From NCBI GenBank assembly GCA_047495785.1, contig JBLDXI010000015.1:1-64000 (forward strand): a stretch of 64,000 nt of DNA. The letters are read 5' to 3'. The stretch is from Lepidodermella squamata. Lineage: Eukaryota; Animalia; Gastrotricha. Both the position numbers and the translations under genes were made by a program. Of this stretch, positions 52,326-64,000 are shown piece after piece; the stretch's first letter is position 1; the number at the start of each line of letters is the position of its first letter. Below the pieces are notes generated by a model that saw only the letters and a program-made list of their open reading frames with translations, did no database searches and was not told the DNA's origin.

Positions 52326-55300
52326 ATGAAGACATTCCTGACATCTTACGATTCCGAAGAAGACGACGATGGCAATGTTAACAACAGCAACAACAATAAC
52401 AAGGAGCTAAGCAACAAGTCGTCACAAAGCAGCAATTCTAGCGATAGTGAAGCATCGCCCTCGGCTGATTCGATTCTGAATCGGCACAAACATCACCACC
52501 ACCACGGCCATCACCACAGCCATCATGGCCATAAAGACCTGAGTAATGAGGCGCAAAAAGCTGAACCTGAACCTGAACCTCTGGAACTGTTGGGTGAATC
52601 GCCTGAATTCGAAGCCCACCGCAGTCGACGTGATGATGATGACGAAGACGACAATGAAGCAGACAATCGAAAGCCGAATGAAGGCAACGACAGTCGGCGA
52701 TCAGCTGCGTCGTCTGGAGGAGCAGTTGAGAAAAGACCACCAGGCGGCGGGGGCGGGTCCACTCGGTCGTCCTCCTCTGCAACAGCCGAACCGCCGGAGA
52801 AGCGGCCGAATCTTGCCGATGGCGGTAACAGCAGCAGAAACAACAACAACGATGGCGATAGCAACGACGTGACAGTCGTTGAGGGTGAAATCGCAGCAGC
52901 TGTTGGTGCAGCCAGTGGCGGTGAGGATGCGTCTGCGTTGGCGCGAGCCGTGCAGGGCTTCACGGCCGAGGAGGTGGAGCTGCCGCCGGAGCCGGCGGGG
53001 CAGTGCGCGGCGTCGCTGCAGGAGCGCATCGTGAAGCTGCTCGACTTCACGCGCTCGTCCGGCTGCTCGTTCGTGCAACACGCCGAGCGCTCCAAGTCGT
53101 ACCGCAACCCCAGCATCTACGACAAACTCGTCGAGTACTGCCGCATCGACGGTGAGTCGCCCCTTTTTTCTGTTATTATTACTTTCTCCAACTGAGATCA
53201 TAGCCATAAAAAATAAACCGGGACATCATGGTACAAGTATCGCTCAATCGTCTCGTGTCCATGTAGACTAGCCGCATCTAGATACCAATGATAATAATTG
53301 ATACCAAATTATTAATCCAGCAAGTTCAAACTAGACATTTTTGTTTGCTCCAAATTATCAAGAGCTAGCCGCAACAAGTTGGAGTCAAAGCATTTGAAAA
53401 AGGCATTAAAAGCGGGCTTTATAGTAGATGAAATAGCAGTTGAATGACTTTGAATATCGCCAGATATTGCAGGTATAATTAAAGTAAATTATATTAACCA
53501 ATTCTAAAATGGCGGAGATTTAGGTAAAGCAAAGCTCGGTGAAAATTGAGTGAAGCCGCGAATCTCGTGAAATGTTTACCAAATATGATGTAGTAGAACC
53601 CGTTAAATTGAGTCAAGCGATCAATCCAAAATCACGACAACCGAAATCCTGACAATAGATAAATTAACAAACCCTCATCGGTAATTTCCAATGCTGCTTA
53701 TTTTGTGAAAATAACGCAGATAGAAGCGCGGAAAATAAAAGCTAGAAGCCATACCTAAGCTTGATTTGAGCCTTAACAACTTCCTTACCGTTACCTTATA
53801 CTGCCGACCTTTTCTGATGCATCTGATGAAAATACGCGGTTCATTTTAAATTTGCACACAATTTACTATCTACATAGTATCTCTCATCGGCATCTATCTC
53901 TTCGGTTTAATGGCGAGACGCCGCGGCTCGGGTAAGGAACGCCGGGCCGTCGTTAAGGACGCGTGGCTTTGGAATTCGCACCTGGATTGGCGTAGTTGGC
54001 GTTGTTGGTGTTGCCGGGAGTTGTTCACCAAGGGTGTTGTTGCCAGGCGTTGTTGGTGTCGTGAAAGGCTTGGATCACCGCCAACAAAGCGCCAACGCTA
54101 AGTCTCATTGTCTTCTCAAAAATACAAAACAAATTGAGCTATGAAGTGAGCAAACAAATGAGTGAGAAATACCAAACAGGCCTAAGAAACTATGTAGTTC
54201 ATCGGCGTCAGTTGAATGGGTCGGCGGCTGTTCGGTAGTGAGTGAGGTAGCACATGCCAGGGCCTCGTTTTTCGACTCGAAGAATAACGACACGCGGCAG
54301 TCAAACTCAGCGCGTATTTTAGTTGACATCGAGCAGGCAACACACGCCTCGGCAGCTCATCGGCTTCATAGGCGCAGCGGATGCCACCTCATAGACGTGC
54401 CGATTGTCGGCGCGTCGAATTTGCCGAGGCGCGGCGGCGATTCTTCGACGTCCTCGTGCGATGCGAAATCTGGGAATAACAGTTGAAATTATGATGATAA
54501 TACTGTCATCGACATTGTTCAATGTTGCTTACTTGCAAACCACGCCAGATCGTGATCTGTCGTGTCCGGATCCTCGACACCGGTAGCGCATTTTCCACCT
54601 CATTTTCGGCACGTTGAGCTGAAGAAAAAAGTAGGCAATTAGTTGTTGATAAGATGAAGGCATTTTTAATAAGATTATGATGTGTACCTGCGTAGAAGGC
54701 TGCCATTTCTGGCGTTGTGTCCACATCGCCCGTGTAAGCTGAAATGTTACTCATTATTTAATACAAATTTAGGCGGGCGCCAAGTTACTTATCTGCATAG
54801 AAATAATGTTGCGAATCGCTGACGTTGTCGACGTCCATTAAAATGCGTACAACAAAACAACAAAACGCCTAAAAAATTTTAATTAATTAACAAATGGAGT
54901 CGTATGGAGTAAATAGGAAATCACAGTGGACAACAGTTTGATTGGCAACGATATTAATCACAATTGTTTGAATATCAATTGCTGTTTTGAAGCATCTTGA
55001 CTGCCAGGATCGACAGGTTGGCGCGATACAAATGTAAAACCCAAGCAAATAAAAACTTAATCTAGACTGAGGACGAGAATATAAGATTAAGTGTTAAAAA
55101 GGGCGTAAATTGTCAAGTTGCTCGGCTGTCATCGCGGACAGTTGCAGGGCGAGACTTGCAGGCTTGTCAGGCTGAAGCCTTCGATGCCGTTGTGCATCGC
55201 CGGCAGTAGGCGGGCTTTACCGGCGAGCAGCAGCGCCCCCAAGAAGTTTTCGTAGCTGTAGTCACACCGCAGTGTGGTCATTAGAACCGCTGTCAGAGTG

Positions 55301-56388
55301 ATGACTCGCTTGAAGGCATGTACATGAATTATTTTCGCCATAATTGATAAGCAAATATAACTTACGCTGTTGAATAGACCTTTGGGCTTGTCTGCGAATT
55401 GCATCGATGCGATGCCAGCGTCAGAACGAAAGTAGGCTACAAACGAAGCAGCAGCGCCCCTAAGCTGTGTTCGTAGGTGTAGTCCTAAGCGGGGTCATTA
55501 AGACCGGGTGGGTCGTCGAACCACCCGCTCGGCGAAGTTGACACTCCTTAGCAAAAAAGAAAACCTAGGTACAATTAAGTGAATACTAAGGCGCTAAAAT
55601 CAATAGTTGAAAATTAGCATAGCTAGAATCTGAGCTTTCATTTCTTTAGAATCTGAGAGAAATTTGACAGTTTTATTCAGGTAATAACAAAACGAATTAC
55701 TGATCGCGTCTTGTCCGGGCGTTTTTAGGCGGAGAAGGCCGGTGCGAAATTTATATTTAAATGCACCCGTTTTCTGGCAGAAAACGTTGTGCTCGCCCTC
55801 GTCCTCGAATCCGACCACCTGCAAAGTTGACGTTAAACTTGCGCTCGCCCACTGAAATAATGGTACATCGGTGTAATTGGCAAAAACAGTGGGCGTATGC
55901 TGAATATAATATTGAAAATAAACCAAAACCAATATACTTAAGATTTAAGTGAATAATCAGGCGCTAAAACAATTACAAATTAGCTCAACTGTATGATTTA
56001 ATTTTCTATAGAAAATGGCACCAATTTTCCGCCGGAAATCTACAACCCGTCGATATGGGGCCGCGAGTCGTACTACGAAGAGCTGAACCGCGTGCAGCGC
56101 ATCGAAATGGAACGCCGCGAGAAGGAACGGGCTACTCGTGGTGGTGGCGGTGGCGGGGGCGCGGGCGGATCGGCGTCAGTAGCCACCTCGCAGTCGAGCA
56201 CGCTCGGCAATCTCGAAGCAGATCGAGTAGGCAAACGCTCGAAATGGGACGCAAGTGGAACAACAGCAGCAGCAGCAGCAGTGCCAGGTGCAAATCGGCC
56301 GGTTGTGCAAATGTTGACTGGTACAGCCAAGGTCATCCCGGCGACTGGGCCGCTCAGTTTCGGAACCAACTCGAAACATCATCATTAG
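52326..56388 (+). CDS. SAP30BP: SAP30-binding protein (HCNGP family); exons 52326-53151, 56012-56388
   Basis: LPPEPAGQC..LQERI and SYRNPSIYDKLVEYCRID|ENGTNFPPEIYNP...ESYYEEL, plus KRSKWD. The 2.86-kb intron is phase 1, GT-AG. Confidence 0.93.
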
Positions 56389-56591
56389 CACATGTTTGGT
56401 GTCGTATCAAACTACTCAAGTTCTCTTTCTTACTACTACGTTTTTTGGCTTGCCTCCTAGATCGAACTGAAAAATCGGACAAAAAATGATAATAAAAAAT
56501 GGTTTTATCATCTGTAATCACTAATTGATGTATTTTTTTTATCTAGAATTCGCCGGGATTTTAAACTGAAAATGAGGCTAAAGTAAATCAG

Positions 56592-59500
56592 ATGATCGCA
56601 TTGTTGGTGGGCGGGGCCGGCGTGGCTCTGCTGCTTCTAGCCTGGGCCATGCACTGGTTCTCGAAACCCGAAAAGCCGATGCTGTTGATGCGATCGGACG
56701 CGACCTTCTGGCGATCGGTTCTCTCGAAAGTCGACATGCTGCGAGAAGCGTATCGCCCGCCGTTGCTGTGGGGCAGATCCGGGCACGTTCAATCGTTCGT
56801 CTACGCCATCTACGGCCGGCTGAACCCGCCGACGTTCGCATCGACTGACCGCCGGTCGGTGAAACTCAGCGACGGCGCGACACTCACCTTCGAAGTTTTC
56901 GAGCCAATAGAGACGACGACGACGACGACGAAGCCACAGCGAAAGAGCAGCGACGTGACTCTGATTCTGTGCGGCGGCATCGGCAACGGCTCGCACTCGG
57001 CGTACATTCGCACTTTCACTCGGTATGCGCAATCTCGGGGATTCCGCCTGGTGGTGCTCAACCACCTGGGCGCCAACTACTCGATTCCACTGACAAGTCC
57101 GCGGTTGTTCTGCTATGGCAATACCGAGGAGCTGGCGGCCGTGGTCGACTTCACGACGGGCGCGTACCCGCAGTCGCGCCTCGTGCTCATCGGCTTCTCG
57201 ATGGGCGGCAACATCGTGCTGAAATACCTCGGTGAACAGGTCGAGCGGCAGCGCAAGTTCGTCGCCGCGATATCCGTGTGTCAAGGCTACTGCGCTATGA
57301 AGGTTCGTGTTTTTCCTCTTCACTTATTCTACGGAATTCGCTGTTTTTTTTTAATTGTTTCGGGTGCAGAAAAAATTGTGGATTATTTGTATTATCAAAA
57401 TTATCAAAAACATAGTTTAAGAGTTGTTACCCTCTTTGCTCTTTGGAGAAAGAGGAATATTTTATTGGGAGAAGAAATGTGACACATTCAAACGAGTGCG
57501 AGATCGAAAACCTGACCGACGATCCTCGCTTCGCTAAATGGGCCCTCCAGGGTGTCTTCTGCCAACTGGCTTGCATCGCCCCGAAAGGCGGTCAACTAGG
57601 CGCTGAATGGCCGCAAGAAGCCGCCGAGGCGTTCCGAGAGGCAGTTCACGAGCGGGATGTCACCCTCAGTTTGGTGCCACAGCGGGATGAAAACAGCCAA
57701 GTCGCGGTGAAATTGATCCGCAAAGACGAGATTGTCGATGTTGCGGACGAAGTAGAACAAAACTTTCGGTCAAATCGGTCGGATGTCGATTATCAAGTTG
57801 AAAATGAAGAAATCGGCCGAAAACAGCGCTGTTGGTCGAACGATTGCGAAGGTCAATGAAGGAAGAAACCGCACTGGACTTGGCTGAAAAGCTGCTCGCT
57901 CGAGAGGGTCGGTGTTGAAACGTATTCCTCACCCTTGCCCAGTAATTTTTCTGTCAAACGAACATTGGGTTCGGTTGGAATTAGAATGCCGTCGAAAGTT
58001 TGCGTCGACAACTTGTTTATCTGTCACCGTCACTCGGTCAAGCGAGAGGGTCGTTGACACTGCGAAACGCGGTGAGGTTGGTTTTGCTGTGCTTGCCGTA
58101 GCAGGCAGGAATTGACGTTCAGGTTGATGTCAAACCTCTTGATATACAAGTTGTTATCACAGCATCGCTGAATGTCAAACTATTTACACGTATCGAAGTT
58201 GAGTTATAAGCGAGTTCATGAGTTTCCAAGTATCAAAAGAAGTCGAATAATTGATGTATAGAAAATCAAATTACAGGATTTGATCATAGTTGAGTTATTT
58301 GAGTCATAGTCAATTGAAATAGTTGAGTTATTTGGTCAGATTACCACCAGTCCACCAGGTAACAATTGTAGGTATGTAAATTGGGAAATTTCATTTAAAT
58401 CTAGATCAAGCAATAGAAAAAACTAACGTGTTCGATTTCGATTTCGCTTTTGAGCGCGAATTTCTTCGAAGGAAACGGGAGTGGCTCGCCGCTGCCCACT
58501 TAGGTTAGGATATGGCGCAGTTTTTGGCCGCCGGCGGCACCATACACGGCTTGAATGGCCAGCCACATCGCCGAAAGAAAGCTTTCTAACGTAGGGGTGA
58601 ACGGCCCAATGGCTTGCAGGGCCAGGTAGATGGAAACTTGATTAAACCCAGGACGACGAGTTGGCACCAGCTACGCGAAGCGTCGCATGGGTCGCCTAGC
58701 CGGTTTCGCAGCTCGTCCAATGAACATGGAAAACCTAGAATTGTACACGATAAGCATAAATCCCCGTGGGCTGGTAACTATGTAGGCATTCCGCAAGTGC
58801 TGTCCCAGGAGCCGTACACCTTGTCTCCATTGGCCTGTTCTTGGGACAACGGAACTGCCACACGCTATTATTTCTGGCGATTAGCTCATCGCGCTGCGAA
58901 TCAGGGAAGGAAAAGACCGTACGCAAGATGCCGTCGGCTTTGTAGAGCAGCTGGTATGCATAGCACCACACTGCGCGGTGCTTGTCTACGAATTCTGCCT
59001 TAAGCGCGAGCAGCATTTCACCTTCTTTCTATACTGTGATAAAAAAACAAATAGGAATTTTATAATTAGGAGTTGAGCAGAGAGCTCGCTCGGAGGCGAA
59101 AAATCAGCTTACAGCCGGATCCTGAGCTTGATCGTAATTGTTAGCAGCCGTCTGCATTGCCACCAACTCCCGATGAGTAGGGCAGGTCTTCAAATGCTCT
59201 TCAACTGTCATCTCATATTTCCTCCATATATGCATCACATTTTGGGGCACATTGATTTTCAAAAGCCTCTGGAAATTGAAAATTGAAAAAGAAAATTAAA
59301 CCTCAATTCAAGGTGTAATTTTGATATTTGATTGGCGACGGTAAATACTAATAATTTGTTTGAAATTCATTTTTAGGGCTACGAATCGCTGTTGCGGACG
59401 TGGCGGCACTGGCGCCGGGCGTACCTGTGGTTCATGGCGCGGGGCCTGAAGCGGACGCTGAACCGCCACCGCGACGTGCTCTTCTCGGAAGAGTCGACGC

Positions 59501-60230
59501 GCCGCTACGGCAAACTCAACGTCGACGCGATATTCGCCGCCAAGTCGCTGCTCGACCTCGACCGCGAATTCTTCTCGCGCATGTGCGGCTTCTCACGCGT
59601 CGAAGACTACTACCGATGGTAAGTCACAGCAAATTGGGGAAAAGTACCAGCATATAGCGGAACCAGTTTCAAAAATGTTAACCAAGCGCAACCCAAAAAT
59701 TATCATTTTCGAATAATATTGTTGAATCACATCGTTTTTCAAGGGCTAGCCGGGCCTTGCACTAAATTGTAATTTATCGTTCATATTTTAATGGAATTTT
59801 CTAACATTGTGAAAACGCACTTTTTGGATAAATCATCAATTCAGAATTTGATTAAGCTCAGAGTGAGACTCATCTGATATTTGTTTCTACCGTTATTCAA
59901 TTTTTTGAAATTATTCATTTTTCTGGCAGGTGTTCATCTGTGAATTACTTCGACTCGATTCGCTCGATTCCGGTGTTGTGTTTGAACGCGCGTGACGACC
60001 CGATCATTCCGGACGAACTACAGCGCATCGCGCATCAGTTCGCGCAGACGGCGCCCAACGTCGGCTTTGTCGGCACGAACCACGGCGGCCACCTCGGCTA
60101 CTTCGAGTCGGGCTGGCTGTGGCCTAGCGAACTCACGTGGCTGGACAGGTTCCTGTGCGACGTGTCTGATGCAATTATCGACGAGGACGACAAGGCACGG
60201 GCGGCATCGGCTGAACGGAAATTGTTGTAG
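56592..60230 (+). CDS. ABHD2: Alpha/beta hydrolase ABHD2-like (monoacylglycerol lipase family); exons 56592-57302, 59377-59618, 59930-60230
   Basis: N-terminal TM, PLLWGRSGHVQ, VLNHLGA, GFSMGG nucleophile elbow, NARDDP and HGGHLGYFE. Splice sites are phase-consistent. Confidence 0.92.
57470..57859 (+). pseudogene. Intronic fragment resembling the C-terminal part of an extended Tudor (TDRD/Tudor-SN) module
   Basis: DPRFAKWALQGVFCQLACIAPKGG...WPQEAAEAFREAVHERDVTLSLV resembles the F..LP.QA..C.L..I.P...W..EA...F..LV pattern of extended Tudor domains. It lies inside ABHD2 intron 1. Confidence 0.5.
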
Positions 60231-63200
60231 GGAATGCGCCAAGTTTTAACAAATTGTCGTTATAATAATATTCCAATTCTCGCATCATCTTTCTTTCTAC
60301 ACTTAGCACTCGCGTTCTTGTGTTACAAACGGTGATATCACTCGAGTCGCTGTCGTCTCGTCTGTTTTGTCTATTATTATTTGTTATATTGCGATTATTG
60401 CTATTGTTGAGGATACTCTAGTTGCTGCTTCGGTGGTGTGAAAATGGCAGAGATGAGAACAACAACGTTGACTGACGAATGATTTGGTGGTATAATATCT
60501 ATATACATAATAGTCTTTGATTGATTTTGATACACTCTTTCTTTTAATAATATACGATGACATTCGTTTGAACGACGAAGACGACGATGAACACAATTGT
60601 TATAATATTCTGTGACACTTTGTTGCGATAGTCTACATTTATGATTCTGATAATATATATTATGTGAATTTATTGCAATCAGCCTTTGTTCGAATACTTA
60701 TATCATGATGTAGATTGGAGAAATCTTTTAATCTCTGTCTACTCATTTATCGGCTCGCTTTCACGTACGTATAGTATATATGAAAGGCGATGATCGTGCT
60801 GAATTCGCTAAAACACCCGTGTTGGTGAACTATCTAGAACTTTCTCGTGTGATTTTCGACGTTCCATCATCAAAATTCTACTCTAGCTTCCCAGAGCAAG
60901 GAAACACAAGGCTAAGATCGATTATACTTGAATTATCCAAACTTTAGTATTTTTATTACTGAAATACACCATGTGCTTGTTTTTCATCCGAATTGGCAAC
61001 GAAGATGAGACGTAAACGTTGCGAACCCACCCGTGTCTGTGTGTTTTCTAGTTGCAAAAGTTACTCTATTCAGAAGCTTTATAGTGAATCCCAAATTTAT
61101 TTAATCTATACTTACGTTTCCTGATACCTCTCTCACGTGTAGTACTATCGATCAGATATTTTCATACCGTGTGCCGTGTGTTTTCGTGGACAAAAAACTA
61201 TGCTATTCAAGATGGGGGAAAACTGCCTATTTTTGTGATTGTTGAATATAAGACATTGTGCCTGTTCTACTAGTAAAGATAATCGCGCAAGTCATTATCG
61301 ATGCTTTAATTTCTGCATGCACGTGTCACATACTGCTATAGAATGAATGGTATCTGCTAGCTGGTGGTATCAATCAGTATACTTATCTAGTACAATTTTT
61401 ACTTCACAAACAGAAAAAAAAGAGAAAAAGAAATCGTCCTATTTTGCTAAAACTGTGTCATATATCTAGTATCTCTCTGTTTTTGCGTTGAAGTAATATA
61501 ACTTGGATCAACGTCTGGTACAATTTTGCTAATTTTAGGCGAAATGTTTTATTGAATTTGCGAACCAACTTCGACTGAATTGACGTCTTCGAACATGACG
61601 ACTGGCAACTAGCGATAATAGCTTCGATGGCCGTTGATCTTTTCCTCAGACAGCGTTTTCTCATCGACTATCGATTTGGCAGCGATTGTTGACAAATTTC
61701 AGGTAAATTTTATTTTTCAACAATTAGTTAGCAAATGTGTTAAAAGTACGTAAGCTATCGGGCGCATTTTGATCGGTGACCTGGCCATTTAATCCCAAGT
61801 CTTGAAATCCGTGCATCAAGTCTAAACAGTGAAAACAAGAGAAAGAAAGAGATATTATACTAAAAAAAAAGAAAAAATATGGATTCGTTCGATGCCTGCG
61901 CCAATCGGTTCAGTTCTAATATCATTTTCACATCAACGTCAAACTTTATTAAGAAAAAGTCCGCCTTTAACGCCTCCCATGCCATAGATTCTGGGTGCGG
62001 GGCGTATCGAGTAGGAGGACCGATAGGCTTCGATGTGTTTGTGTAGCCAAATCCAAGCCAGACGGCCCCAACATAGCCACGCTTTTGTCAAAACAAAGTT
62101 ATCTGTCTGTTTGCTTGCAGTAGCGGTCGACTTTTACGGAAGCCGAGCCGATTTATACGTTTTGTTAGGGGTAAAGATGGCAAAAAGAGCAAGAACAACA
62201 AGAAGAAACAAGAAAAACAAGAGATGCGACTTTGGGTAAAAATAAATTCAAAATTGGCTGGTATTGGTCGCAAAAAAAAATAAATAAGAACAGGAAGGAA
62301 AAAGTGGGATATCTAGGGGGGCCAAAATGAATATGGTAAGGACAGTAACGGAGCTAGTAGTCGAGCCGAATGAAGATGATAATTATTAAAACCTAAACAA
62401 ATTTAACCAGAACGGCAGCCGTAGTAGCAGCAACAGCAAAGCAGTGAAGCAGTTGCGGCTGTAATGGCCTTGACGGCGATCGTGAAGGTAACAACACTAA
62501 CGCAAACGGAAACAAAAACGGCAACAAAAACAACAAAAGTAAAAACAGCAGTAACAACACCAGCAAATTGTCGTGTAGCGTGCGACTGCTAGTGTAGCTC
62601 CTGTTAACAACTGCCACCGGTCCAAGATGGCAACGGCAGCGGCAGATAGCGGTAGATGACTCGATTTGTTGCTCAGGATTCGAATACGATTCTGCTCAAC
62701 GAGATGTTGTTCCGATGCAGCAGGACCTGGCATGCCGAATCAACAAGCAATGGTTAACAATAAGTTGATCTATAGGAATGTGAAAATTAGAATTTAACAA
62801 TTGGATAGATTAACAGTTTTGAGTAATAAGTAAGCAGTTGGCAATTAAATAAGTAAACCAGAAACTCTTAATGCTTAATGCTACTAGGTTCTTGAGCAGT
62901 TCATAGGTGCTAGGCGCGCATGCGAGCGAAGGGGTATGTTACGAATCATTAAGCCGTTGTTAGCTGACCATGAAAGACCGGCTTCGTCAACTTTCGCATC
63001 ATTGAAATGCGAAGCAACGTCACGTGGAGGTACCCATCTGACGCGAGGTACTCTTTCACCTCGGACCTGTCGCACTCGTAGGTATAAAAAGATCAATAAT
63101 TGAATAAAAAATGCATTATTTCAAAATTGTAAGATGCAGCTCGAAAGTTCTCGGAATAAAAAGTGCCGGCTAGCGGCTCGAGGTTGAGGTGGCTGTCAAA

Positions 63201-63353
63201 TTCAGCTATAATTGTGGTGGTGGTATTACAAATGTTATAGTCCATCATGCGGCGATCTTTGGCCGGACGTTTCCACTTATCGAAACACTAGCGAGTACTT
63301 GATAATTGTGAACTCGAATGGTGTCTCCGATGTTCAATTTTGAGTGGAGCGTG

Positions 63354-63790
63354 TCACCGGCTGATGACCAGTTTCTGACTGGCTCCACCGCTTGAAATTT
63401 GCCGCATTTTCTGACTGTCGGCGGCATCGTAAACAGTTCGAATAGCAAGAAACATTGCCGAAATGAAGGTCTCTAGCGTCGGCGTGAATGGCCCGAGGCT
63501 TTGTAGGGCGAGAAACGTGTGCGTTGTGACATCCTTTCGTGAAAATGAAAATGAATGATTGTTATCATTTGGCAGGTTCAATATTTCTATGTTGTGAGAC
63601 TTACTTTGTTAAAAAACACTGAAGGCGTGTCTTTGACACGCAAGCGCATTAACTGCCGCCGCCATCTAGCGAACGGCGTTTGCCTGCTGGCTCGCCGGGT
63701 GCGCCGTTGACAGGCCGCAGAACCAAGTTGGTGCCGACTAGGCGTAGCGTCGTCGAAGTACCAGCAGAAGCAGGTGCTGCATTGCACGAA
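63354..63790 (-). pseudogene. Exons of an unidentified, probably degenerate gene extending toward the window end; paralogous fragment at ~58500-58735
   Basis: FFNK|gtaagt...aaag|DVTTHTFLALQSLGPFTPTLETFISAMFLAIRTVY. A similar peptide lies in ABHD2 intron 1. Confidence 0.4.
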
Positions 63791-64000
63791 AAATTAAAAC
63801 AAAATCAGAAACAAAAATGAGGACTGTCGAGTAGTCCAGTAGTTTCTGATCAGAATTGTAAGAGTGAGAGATAGCACCCTTAAAAAGTTCTCGCAGGGGT
63901 CGTTCCATCGAACACCGAACAGAAAAGCGATAACACTCGCGACCGGTCAAAAAACTGTGAGCGGTTGCACACAAGAAAAGCTGTCATAGCAATGAAACTG

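Noticed and set aside
58464-58480. CENP-B box-like 17-mer CTTCGAAGGAAACGGGA
   Set aside because: It matches the TTCG-N4-A-N2-CGGG core but is a single intronic copy, absent from the satellite. A 9-base pattern is expected by chance at about this frequency in 64 kb.

Overview
This is eukaryotic genomic DNA with GT-AG introns, almost certainly from an invertebrate animal. The left third (1-20.4 kb) is repeat-rich. It holds a spliced, 5'-broken CACTA/EnSpm (CMC)-type transposase, followed by a ~9.8 kb tandem array of a 172-bp dyad-rich satellite with local higher-order repeats. After that come a nest of RTE-like LINE and pogo/Tc2-like remnants and several MITEs. The rest is a compact gene region: a 4xFAS1 GPI-anchored fasciclin-I-like gene, two orphan genes, PCNP, BTBD10/KCTD20, a P-loop ATPase with a probable mitochondrial presequence head-to-head with a fungal/plant-type ADP/ATP carrier, SAP30BP and ABHD2. 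The best-supported unusual feature is a pair of duplicated, same-phase, mutually exclusive exons in the fasciclin gene; the second exon is absent from the ORF track. Also notable are a prion-like N/Q/G/Y insert inside FAS1 domain 4, the transposase-linked satellite, possible operon/trans-splice junctions, and intronic gene fragments. All family calls come from recognising motifs by eye; no database searches were run.
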